A stretch of 19,866 nucleotides of DNA, taken from Candidatus Ratteibacteria bacterium (lineage in GTDB: Bacteria > Ratteibacteria > UBA8468 > B48-G9 > DTJG01). The stretch is from NCBI GenBank assembly GCA_049971295.1, contig JBMFLH010000032.1, positions 1-19,866 on the forward strand, written 5' to 3'. How positions within the stretch are numbered: position 1 is the stretch's first letter; each line of letters begins with the position of its first letter. Below the pieces are notes generated by a model. That model had not been told where the DNA came from. It worked only from the letters and a program-made list of their open reading frames with translations, and ran no database searches. A program made the position numbers and the translations under genes. Below are positions 8,877 to 16,259 of the stretch, piece after piece.

Positions 8877-10369
8877 TTCCTGATTTTAGCAGGGATGATA
8901 TTTCTGTTGTCAGCCACTATCTGGGGAAAATTTTTATTGCTTTTGCTATTGCTCAGCTTTTTCCTGTGTTTGTTGGTCTGGTCTGTCGTGAGTTCAATCC
9001 GGTAATAGATTTTTTCATCTCAATCATTACCTGTCTTGCTTTTGGTTCTATTCTTCTTTATTTTTCACCGTCTCCGCAGGAAATAACCTGGCGGCAGGGA
9101 ATGACGATTGTGGCGTCCAGCTGGTTTCTGGCAATGTGTTTTTCTGCTCTTCCTCTCTATCTGAGCGGTCATTACGAGTGTTTTCTTGATGCATGTTTTG
9201 AGTCAATGAGCGCCTATGCCACCACAGGACTTGTTCTGGTACAGGACCTCGACCACATGTCGCATGCTCACAATATCTGGAGACATTTAATGTGTTTTAT
9301 TGGTGGACAGGGGATTATTCTTGTTGCACTCATTTTTTTCTTCAGGGGCGGTGATGCGCTGAGAATCTACATTGGAGAGGCAAGGGACGATAAAATTCTT
9401 CCCAACAGTATCACCACAGCAAAGTTTATCTGGATGGTAAGTTTTACCTATCTGATTATTTGTTCAAGTTTGCTTGCAATTATTCTTATGTTCCACGGCG
9501 TTCCTTTTTCCAGAGCCATCTTTCATGGGGTGTGTATTTTTATGGCAGGATGGGATACTGCGGGCTTTGCTCCGCAATCGCTTAACATTCTTTATTATCA
9601 CAGCCCGGTTTTTGAACTTGTGACAATTATTATCATTCTTCTTGGAGCAACAAGTTTTGGCGTTCATTACGCTGTATGGACAGGAAAATTTAAAGAATTG
9701 AGGGAGAATTTTGAAGTCAAAATACTGATGTTTACGATTTTCTTTACATATCTGATTGTTCTTGTTGGCTTTACAGGATACACATCCCAGTTTGTTGATT
9801 CATTTTCTTTTTTCAGACATACATTCTATCAACTCATTTCTGGTCACACCGGTGTTGGATATGCTAATATTTACTCTTCAGACCTTGCTCGGTGGCCAGA
9901 ACTTGCTCTTTTTGGAATCATCGTTGCAATGGGTATCGGCGGTTGCATGAATTCTACTGCTGGTGGAATAAAGGTTTTAAGAATAGGGCTATTTTATAAG
10001 TCCGTGAAAAGAGAAATTCGTCGGCTTGCCTATCCTGAAAGCTCCTACATAAAAGAATTTTTTCATCATCAGAGAGAAATTTCTGTGGATGATACGATGG
10101 TGAAAACCGCAATGATTATTACGATGTGTTATATTTTGCTTTATCTTTCCGGAGCGATTATCGCAAGCTTTTTTGGATACGGTTTTATCCATGGCCTTTT
10201 TGAATCTGTGTCTGCTGCTGCAAATGTCGGACTTTCTGTAGGAATTACAAGTCCATCGATGCCAGTACCTCTGAAGATTTGGTATATCTTCGAGATGTGG
10301 GCTGGAAGACTTGAGTTTTTTGCAATATTTATTCTGATAAGATTTCTCGTAAAAAGTGTGAAAAGATGA
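8873..10369 (+). CDS. trkH: TrkH-family potassium uptake membrane subunit
   Basis: 498-aa polytopic protein. It has four pore-loop motifs (FESMSAYATTG, GWDTAGF, SGHTGVGY, FESVSAAANVG), the gate loop GGCMNSTAGGIKVLR and C-terminal MWAGRLE. Confidence 0.93.
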   Translation: MIPDFSRDDISVVSHYLGKIFIAFAIAQLFPVFVGLVCREFNPVIDFFISIITCLAFGSILLYFSPSPQEITWRQGMTIVASSWFLAMCFSALPLYLSGHYECFLDACFESMSAYATTGLVLVQDLDHMSHAHNIWRHLMCFIGGQGIILVALIFFFRGGDALRIYIGEARDDKILPNSITTAKFIWMVSFTYLIICSSLLAIILMFHGVPFSRAIFHGVCIFMAGWDTAGFAPQSLNILYYHSPVFELVTIIIILLGATSFGVHYAVWTGKFKELRENFEVKILMFTIFFTYLIVLVGFTGYTSQFVDSFSFFRHTFYQLISGHTGVGYANIYSSDLARWPELALFGIIVAMGIGGCMNSTAGGIKVLRIGLFYKSVKREIRRLAYPESSYIKEFFHHQREISVDDTMVKTAMIITMCYILLYLSGAIIASFFGYGFIHGLFESVSAAANVGLSVGITSPSMPVPLKIWYIFEMWAGRLEFFAIFILIRFLVKSVKR

Positions 10370-10854
10370 AACCCGCGACTATTGTTTTTGTGATTGTGTT
10401 GATTATGACTGCTTTTTGCCGTGGCCAGAGTATCCCGGCGTTGGTAAACAATCCAGATTTGTTTGATGGAAAAATTGTGAGTGTTGATGGTGAACTTGTG
10501 GGAGATATCATCGAGGGCAAAGGTGGTTTCTGGGTTAATGTGCTTGAGGCAGATGTTGCCATCGGTGTTTGGTGCCCATTGGCTGCAAGAGGAAAAATTA
10601 AATTTCTTGGTAGATATGATGTTGAAGGAGACATCGTCAGGGTTGAAGGCGTGTTTCATAAAAGATGCGTGGAACACACAGGGGATATGGATATCCACGC
10701 TGGTTCAATTGAAGTTTTGAAACAGGGCAGGATAAAGGAGGAGGAAATACCGATAGAAAAAGTTATTTTTGCGTTTTCTCTTGGAATTGTAAGTCTTGCA
10801 GCAATAGGTCTTCTCCACATATTGACCCGCAGAGAATCCCTTCACGGTGATTGA
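10366..10854 (+). CDS. Hypothetical exported/membrane protein with an OB-fold-like domain and C-terminal TM helix
   Basis: N-terminal signal-like segment. The beta-rich core (FDGKIVSVDGELVGD...GDIVRVEGVF...DIHAGSIEVL) resembles an OB fold. C-terminal hydrophobic helix. ATGA overlap with trkH. Confidence 0.75.
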   Translation: MKPATIVFVIVLIMTAFCRGQSIPALVNNPDLFDGKIVSVDGELVGDIIEGKGGFWVNVLEADVAIGVWCPLAARGKIKFLGRYDVEGDIVRVEGVFHKRCVEHTGDMDIHAGSIEVLKQGRIKEEEIPIEKVIFAFSLGIVSLAAIGLLHILTRRESLHGD

Positions 10855-12112
10855 TAATTTTAACTTTTACAATTCTTCCGAGAATGTTTTTATTGCATGG
10901 AAATGCAACAGAAATTCCCTGAATATTTTTTCCGATGATTTGTGATGGGTTTTTGACACTAATTTTTTCAGCCAGCACATCGCATGTTTTTCCAATAAAA
11001 GAAGACAGGATTTCATTGCTGATTTTTCTCTGCATGTCAAGTATTATTTTATGTCTTCGTTCTTTTTCCTCTTTTGACACATCGTCTTTCATATTATACG
11101 CCTTTGTCATTGGTCTTGGTGAGTATTTGAAGATAAACAATTCGTTGAACCTTGTTTTCTCAACTATTTCATATGTTTTTTGGAAATCGTTCTCTGTTTC
11201 TCCAGGAAAGCCTACCATAATATCAGAAGTAATTGAAATTTCCGGCATCATATTTCTTGCCATTTCAACGATCTCAAGAAATTTTTCAACTGTGTACTTT
11301 CTATTCATCATTTTTAGAATTTTGTTGGACCCACTTTGAAGGGGTATGTGCAGATGTTTTAGAACTTTTGAGCATTCAGCCATGGTTTGTAGAATTTTTT
11401 CCCCTGTATCTTTGGGATGAGATGTCAGAAATCCTATTCTTAAGAGTCCGTCAATTCTGGCAATTTCCCGGACAAGATCTGCAAAATCATAGTCATCCAT
11501 AAGATCCTTTCCGTATTCATTAACATTCTGTCCCAGAAGAGTTACTGATTTAATCCCTTTTTCAACCGCGCATTTAATCTCATACAGAATATCTTCTCGC
11601 TTTCTGCTTTTGAGTGCTCCTCTTGCAAGTGGGACAACGCAATATGAGCAAAAATTATTACATCCTTTTGTAATAGGGACATCCATCGTGACATCATTTT
11701 TAGAAGGTAAATACTGAAGAAAAGGATTGTCACATTCGCCTGTTTTGACAATCATTTCCTTGCCTGTACAACTGGCAAGAATATCAGGGATGCTGGAAAG
11801 CTGATTCGGTCCACACACAATATTCAGAAATGGTAGTTGGTTCAATATTTTTTCACCATGAAGATTTGCCGTGCAACCCAGAAGTCCCAGCAGGACTCCT
11901 TTTTTTTTCAGATGTTTATTGCTTTTTAGAAAAGAAAGTACTCTGTTTTCTGCTTTCTGTCTGACACTGCAGCCTATGGCTATTACCACATCAGCTTTGT
12001 TAATATTGCCTGTTTTTTCCCAGCCAGATTTTATAAGCAATTTCTGCAATCTTTCAGCTTCAGCAAAATTCATCTGGCATCCATAGGTTTTGATAAAGAA
12101 ATTTTTTTTCAT
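10763..12112 (-). CDS. miaB: tRNA-2-methylthio-N6-dimethylallyladenosine synthase (methylthiotransferase)
   Basis: N-terminal MTTase domain (TYGCQMN, GCSVRQKAE, LGC), radical SAM motif GCNNFCSYC, LLGQNVNEYG, TSHP, HIPLQSGS, SDIMVGFPGET, and a C-terminal TRAM-like region. Confidence 0.92.
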   Translation of the reverse strand: MKKNFFIKTYGCQMNFAEAERLQKLLIKSGWEKTGNINKADVVIAIGCSVRQKAENRVLSFLKSNKHLKKKGVLLGLLGCTANLHGEKILNQLPFLNIVCGPNQLSSIPDILASCTGKEMIVKTGECDNPFLQYLPSKNDVTMDVPITKGCNNFCSYCVVPLARGALKSRKREDILYEIKCAVEKGIKSVTLLGQNVNEYGKDLMDDYDFADLVREIARIDGLLRIGFLTSHPKDTGEKILQTMAECSKVLKHLHIPLQSGSNKILKMMNRKYTVEKFLEIVEMARNMMPEISITSDIMVGFPGETENDFQKTYEIVEKTRFNELFIFKYSPRPMTKAYNMKDDVSKEEKERRHKIILDMQRKISNEILSSFIGKTCDVLAEKISVKNPSQIIGKNIQGISVAFPCNKNILGRIVKVKIINHREGILCGSICGEDLLLQDLQFQEKTQK

Positions 12113-12122
12113 CTCAGAAAAG

Positions 12123-12395
12123 TTATTTCGAATCTGCCAGTTCTCTTACAAGCAGTATAGTGGTTGAAGTCAACAGTCCAAGCCAGGAAAAAGTATTTGT
12201 GAGAATTTTTATGCCGATGTTAACATTGATGACTCTCAAATTTAAGTTTAACGTATCAAATCCCCATACAGTGCTTGGAGCGAAAAATGGTAGATTTGTA
12301 AAGGTTTCTGGCAGCAATATTGATAATATTTCGCCAATTGTTGTACCGATAAGAAAACTCAAAAGCAAAATTAGAAAATATGTCATCAGTTTCAT
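12123..12395 (-). CDS. Small membrane protein, DUF4321-like
   Basis: 90 aa with two hydrophobic ends around a beta-hairpin-like LNLNLRVINVNIGIKI segment. The family assignment is from recognition, not from a search. Confidence 0.65.
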   Translation of the reverse strand: MKLMTYFLILLLSFLIGTTIGEILSILLPETFTNLPFFAPSTVWGFDTLNLNLRVINVNIGIKILTNTFSWLGLLTSTTILLVRELADSK

Positions 12396-12401
12396 TAAAA
12401 T

Positions 12402-12429
12402 ATTTTACTGTTTATTTTAATTGCGTCAA
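12402..12429 (-). promoter_or_regulatory. Putative sigma70-type promoter driving a leaderless DUF4321-like/miaB transcript
   Basis: On the minus strand: TTGACG (12429-12424), 16-bp spacer, TAAAAT (12407-12402), then 6 nt to the ATG at 12395. Confidence 0.6.
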
Positions 12430-12446
12430 AATCAGCATTACGTTTC

Positions 12447-12474
12447 TGGACTTGTTGTGTGTATGTGATAAAAT
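12447..12474 (+). promoter_or_regulatory. Putative extended -10 promoter upstream of the short ORFs and the MFS gene
   Basis: TGGACT (12447-12452), 16-bp spacer containing TG at 12466-12467, and TAAAAT (12469-12474). Confidence 0.45.
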
Positions 12475-12496
12475 TCAGTAATAACCTGAAGGATCT

Positions 12497-12656
12497 ATGG
12501 AAATAAAACCGTTAACTCCTGAGAATGCAATATGTTTTTTCGGTTATCACGGAAAAAACAGATAAGTCCTTCTGGAAAATATTTTCTATAAAGATGTATG
12601 CCTGGTTGTCAGACGAAAAATTGATTTATAATGTCGGGATAAAAGAAATTTTTTAA
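12497..12656 (+). pseudogene. Possible gene remnant or short uORFs: two overlapping short frames
   Basis: ATG 12497 follows GAAGGA and gives MEIKPLTPENAICFFGYHGKNR* (stop at 12565). The +1 frame (ATG 12525) gives a 43-aa ORF ending at 12656. T6 and A6 runs lie in the overlap. Confidence 0.3.
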
Positions 12657-12672
12657 TACCTCTGGAGGCATT

Positions 12673-13947
12673 GTGTCGTTTTTAGCAATACTCAGGGCTT
12701 TGCGTAATCGTAATTATCGACTTTTTTTCTTTGGCAATGGACTTTCTTTAATAGGCACCTGGGTTCAGACAGTGACTGTGGGGTGGCTTGTATATAGATT
12801 AAGTCACTCCTCGTACGTTCTTGGAGTTGCAGGCGCCCTCGGGACACTGCCCATTCTTTTATTTTCAATCTTTGGCGGTTATGTTGCTGACAGGACCAAC
12901 AGGTTCAAAGTTATTCTTACAACCCAAACATTTGCAATGATACAGGCATTTATACTTGCAATACTTACTCTTACTGGCGGCATCAGGGTTGGTCATATTC
13001 TTTTCCTTTCTTTTGTTTTGGGTACAATCAATGCGTTTGATATCCCTGCAAGGCAGGCATTTGTCGTGAATATTGTGGAACAAAAGGAAGACCTTCCCAA
13101 TGCCATTGCCTTGAATTCCTTTCTTGTCAACAGTGCGCGGTTAATCGGACCTTCCATAGCGGGTGTGCTGATTGCTGTTGTGGGTGAAGGTGTTTGTTTT
13201 CTTATCAATGCCGTCAGTTACATTGCTGTGATTATTGCCCTTTTGATGATGCATGCGCCAGAAACCGTAATCGGCAATCCTATCGCAAGTTCGGAAAATG
13301 TAATAAAAAAATTACAGGAAGGTTTCAGATATGTCAAAACATTTGCACCAGTGCGCACAATAATCTTATATGTTGCCTTTTTCAGCATATTTGGGATGCT
13401 CCATGGAGTGCTGATGCCGGTATTTGCAAAGGAAGTATTTCGTGGCGATGCCAGAACACTGGGTTTTCTTGTTGGGAGTGGAGGAATTGGGGCAATTATT
13501 TGCGCAATTTTTCTTGCATCGCGTCACGCTCACGCGGGACTTGGCAAAGTTATTCATTTTTCGGGACTTGTGTTCGGCTTGTGTCTGATTCTGTTTTCTC
13601 ATTGCAAAACTTTCTGGTTTGCTGTAATGATTTTGATCATCATTGGTGCAGGCATGGTTGGTCAAATCGTGGCAGCAAACATCATTATTCAGACGCTTGT
13701 TCCTGATGAGAAACGGGGTAGGGTAATGAGTTTTCATACCATTGCTTTCATGGGGACCCAGCCTGTTGGCTCATATCTTGCGGGATTGCTGGGTAAAACA
13801 ATAGGCATTCAAAATACAGTAATGCTTGGGGGAGTTTTGTGTATTATTGGCAGCGTGATTTTGAAAAAAAGTTATATGTCATTTTTAAAAGATGTGGGTG
13901 AAGAAAATCAACAAAAAAATTTGATAAAGAAAATTTTTACTGGTTAA
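12673..13947 (+). CDS. Major facilitator superfamily transporter (MFS_3/H+ antiporter-like), substrate unknown
   Basis: Motifs ALRNRNYRLFF, motif A GGYVADRTNR, FDIPARQA, NSARLIGPSIAG and VPDEKRGRV, with about 12 hydrophobic segments. GGAGG at 12664-12668 precedes the GTG start. Confidence 0.92.
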   Translation: MSFLAILRALRNRNYRLFFFGNGLSLIGTWVQTVTVGWLVYRLSHSSYVLGVAGALGTLPILLFSIFGGYVADRTNRFKVILTTQTFAMIQAFILAILTLTGGIRVGHILFLSFVLGTINAFDIPARQAFVVNIVEQKEDLPNAIALNSFLVNSARLIGPSIAGVLIAVVGEGVCFLINAVSYIAVIIALLMMHAPETVIGNPIASSENVIKKLQEGFRYVKTFAPVRTIILYVAFFSIFGMLHGVLMPVFAKEVFRGDARTLGFLVGSGGIGAIICAIFLASRHAHAGLGKVIHFSGLVFGLCLILFSHCKTFWFAVMILIIIGAGMVGQIVAANIIIQTLVPDEKRGRVMSFHTIAFMGTQPVGSYLAGLLGKTIGIQNTVMLGGVLCIIGSVILKKSYMSFLKDVGEENQQKNLIKKIFTG

Positions 13948-15623
13948 CCCTGATATTTATTTGTGATAGGCATTCTTCTGTCTTTTCCAAACGAACGGGG
14001 TGTAATTTTTATGCCTGGTGGCGCTTGTCTTCTTTTATATTCGCTTTTATCAACCATTCTTACAATTTTTCTGACCATCGTTTCCTCAAAGCCAGATTTA
14101 ATAATACTTGTGATGCTTTTGTTATCTTCAACATACATTTTTAGAATTTTATCAAGAAATTCATAAGGAGGCAGGGTGTCGATATCTTTCTGATTGGGTC
14201 TAAGTTCTGCAGTTGGCTCTTTTTTGATAATACCGTCTGGAATTAATTTTTCCTTATGATTCCGATATTCTGCAAGTTGATAGACCAGGGTTTTCGGTAC
14301 ATCCTTTAGTACCGCAAAACCACCAGCCATGTCTCCGTAAAGTGTAGCGTAACCTGTGCTAATCTCTGATTTATTGCCTGTGGTGAGAACCAGGTATCCG
14401 AATTTATTTGATAAAGCCATAAGAATGTTTCCTCTGATTCTTGCCTGAATGTTTTCTTCAGTAATGTCGGGTTTTGTATTTTTAAAATATGGCTCAAGTG
14501 TTTGCAGGTACGATGAGAAAATTTCATCAATAGGAATTGTTATTAGTTCAATACCAAGATTTTTTGCAAGTTCCTTTGCATCAATTTCAGATTGCCGGGA
14601 CGTGAATCGGGAAGGCATAAAAACGCCCTTTACCCTTTCCTTTCCCAGCGCGTCAACAGCAATTGTTGAGACAAGGGCAGAATCAATGCCCCCACTGATT
14701 CCAACGACCACCTTTGAGAAACCATTTTTTTCAGTATAATCTTTTAGCCCGAGAATCAGGGCATGGTATATTTCGTCTTCTACTGAAAGATGCTTTGCAA
14801 AAAACGCAGGGACTGGTTTTTTTTCTTTTGGTTTCATTATGAGTTCAACATCATTTCTAAACTTTCTGGCTTCTACTTCAATGTCTGTTATCAAAAGTTG
14901 TTCCTTGAACGCATGAGCCCGGGAGATAATTCTTCCTGCAGGCGACACAACGAAACTCTGTCCGTCAAAAACAAGTTCATCCTGTCCACCGACAAGATTT
15001 GTGTAAACAATGTAAACATTATTTTTCTCAGCTATGTCTGTTGCGATTTTTTCTCTTTCTTTTATTTTCCCCATGTGATAGGGGGATGCATTGATATTAA
15101 TAATAAATGATGCCCCTGACTTTGCCTGTTTGTTTGTTGGACCGCTATCGTGCCAGATATCTTCACAGATGCTCACTCCGAAAATGCAGCCATGATTTTG
15201 CATCTGGGTTTTGAAAACAGAACCTGTGTCCCCGGGTGTGAAGTACCTCACTTCGTCAAAAACTCCATAATTTGGAAGTAGTATCTTGTGATAAACTGCC
15301 TTAATTTTCTTCTGGTTAATGACGGCAGCAGCATTAAAAATTTTCGATTTTATCATATCCACGAAGCCCACGACTGCGATAATTTCATCAGTTTGGCTCG
15401 CGATAAATTTCAGTGTGTTGATGTTATCTTCAACAAATGATTGTTTCAGAAGAAGGTCTTCAGGAGGGTATCCTGTAATGGCAAGTTCAGGAAAAGCGAT
15501 AATGTCAGCGCTGAACTCCTGCGCCCTTTTTATAAAATCAACAATTTTTTCCGCGTTGCCATTTAAGTTGCCAACAGTTGAATTGATCTGGCCACACGCT
15601 ATACGAATTGAGATTTTTCCCAT
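13944..15623 (-). CDS. nadE: Glutamine-dependent NAD+ synthetase (nitrilase-like glutaminase + synthetase domains)
   Basis: Glutaminase triad motifs FPELAITGYPPEDL, YHKILLPNYGVFDE and ICEDIW. Synthetase motifs GISGGIDSA, ENIQARIRG, TGNKSE, YGD and PTAELRPNQKD. I prefer ATG 15623 (AAAGGG upstream); the alternative is GTG 15647. Confidence 0.96.
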   Translation of the reverse strand: MGKISIRIACGQINSTVGNLNGNAEKIVDFIKRAQEFSADIIAFPELAITGYPPEDLLLKQSFVEDNINTLKFIASQTDEIIAVVGFVDMIKSKIFNAAAVINQKKIKAVYHKILLPNYGVFDEVRYFTPGDTGSVFKTQMQNHGCIFGVSICEDIWHDSGPTNKQAKSGASFIININASPYHMGKIKEREKIATDIAEKNNVYIVYTNLVGGQDELVFDGQSFVVSPAGRIISRAHAFKEQLLITDIEVEARKFRNDVELIMKPKEKKPVPAFFAKHLSVEDEIYHALILGLKDYTEKNGFSKVVVGISGGIDSALVSTIAVDALGKERVKGVFMPSRFTSRQSEIDAKELAKNLGIELITIPIDEIFSSYLQTLEPYFKNTKPDITEENIQARIRGNILMALSNKFGYLVLTTGNKSEISTGYATLYGDMAGGFAVLKDVPKTLVYQLAEYRNHKEKLIPDGIIKKEPTAELRPNQKDIDTLPPYEFLDKILKMYVEDNKSITSIIKSGFEETMVRKIVRMVDKSEYKRRQAPPGIKITPRSFGKDRRMPITNKYQG

Positions 15624-15636
15624 ATCATCTGCCCTT

Positions 15637-15685
15637 TTGTAAAACACAGCTTTTATAGTATACTTCTATCAGAAATGAAATCCAA
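15637..15685. promoter_or_regulatory. Putative overlapping divergent promoters sharing the palindrome AGTATACT
   Basis: Plus strand: TTGTAA (15637-15642), 16 bp, TATACT (15659-15664). Minus strand: TTGGAT (15685-15680), 17 bp, TATACT (15662-15657). Confidence 0.5.
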
Positions 15686-16259
15686 ATTTTGCTGGACGAA
15701 AAAGGGTGCCATTTTACTGTTTTCTGTAAATCTGACACTGCCTGCTTTTTTTGGAAACACTGCAGTTTCTCTATGCAGACAGTCAATTGAAAAATACCTT
15801 ACATCTGGCGAAACAATCGAGGGGAAAAATTTGCCTGATGTTTTTGGTGAAAAAATTCCAGTGTTTATTTCATTTAAAAAAGGAAATCAGACAAGGGGTT
15901 GTGCCGGCACTTTTTTATCAGAGAATACTTTTGCAGAAAATCTCATCTATTTTTCCATTATCGCGGCATCGCATGACTGCAGGTACAGACCAATCGACCG
16001 GCACGAATTGAAAGACATCAGAATACAGATTACAATTCCACAGCAACCAGTCGAAATACCATCCATAGAATTTTATAATCCAGAAACAGAAGGTTTAATT
16101 GTAAAAAAACAGGATAAAGTAGGTGTAGTGTTGCCAAGAGAGGCAAAAACTTCTGAATATGCCTTAAAGATAGGTTTGAGAAATGCAGGCATTGAAGATA
16201 AAGAAGGAATAACGTTATTTAAGTTCAAAGCACAAATTTTTATGGAGGGGGAAAAATGA
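15675..16259 (+). CDS. AMMECR1-domain protein (AmmeMemoRadiSam protein A-like) with a signal-peptide-like N-terminus
   Basis: PVFISFKK..TRGCAGTF corresponds to GxFVTL..LRGCIG, and AASHDCRYRPIDRHEL to AAxxDPRFxP..EL. Also EGLIV..GVVLP. The N-terminus is basic then hydrophobic. Confidence 0.85.
   Translation: MKSKFCWTKKGAILLFSVNLTLPAFFGNTAVSLCRQSIEKYLTSGETIEGKNLPDVFGEKIPVFISFKKGNQTRGCAGTFLSENTFAENLIYFSIIAASHDCRYRPIDRHELKDIRIQITIPQQPVEIPSIEFYNPETEGLIVKKQDKVGVVLPREAKTSEYALKIGLRNAGIEDKEGITLFKFKAQIFMEGEK

Noticed and set aside
10141..10698. 185-aa minus-strand ORF just downstream of miaB
   Set aside because: It is antisense to trkH and to the coupled OB-fold gene, which has a coherent topology. 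It has no recognisable motif.
11900..11908. T9 homopolymer in miaB as a phase-variation tract
   Set aside because: It encodes Lys-Lys-Lys in an intact frame, and such runs are expected in AT-rich DNA.
12160..12420. 86-aa plus-strand ORF opposite the DUF4321-like gene
   Set aside because: The minus-strand ORF has a promoter, a membrane-protein pattern and co-orientation with miaB. The plus-strand ORF has no such support.
12396..12672. Riboswitch, ncRNA or CRISPR array in the longest intergenic region
   Set aside because: I see no recognisable conserved RNA motif, stable hairpin series or spaced repeats. An Rfam/Infernal scan would be needed to exclude an ncRNA fully.
10763..16259. miaB as the radical-SAM partner of the AMMECR1 protein
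   Set aside because: MiaB is a methylthiotransferase, not the AmmeMemoRadiSam radical-SAM family. It is 3.5 kb away in a different transcription unit.
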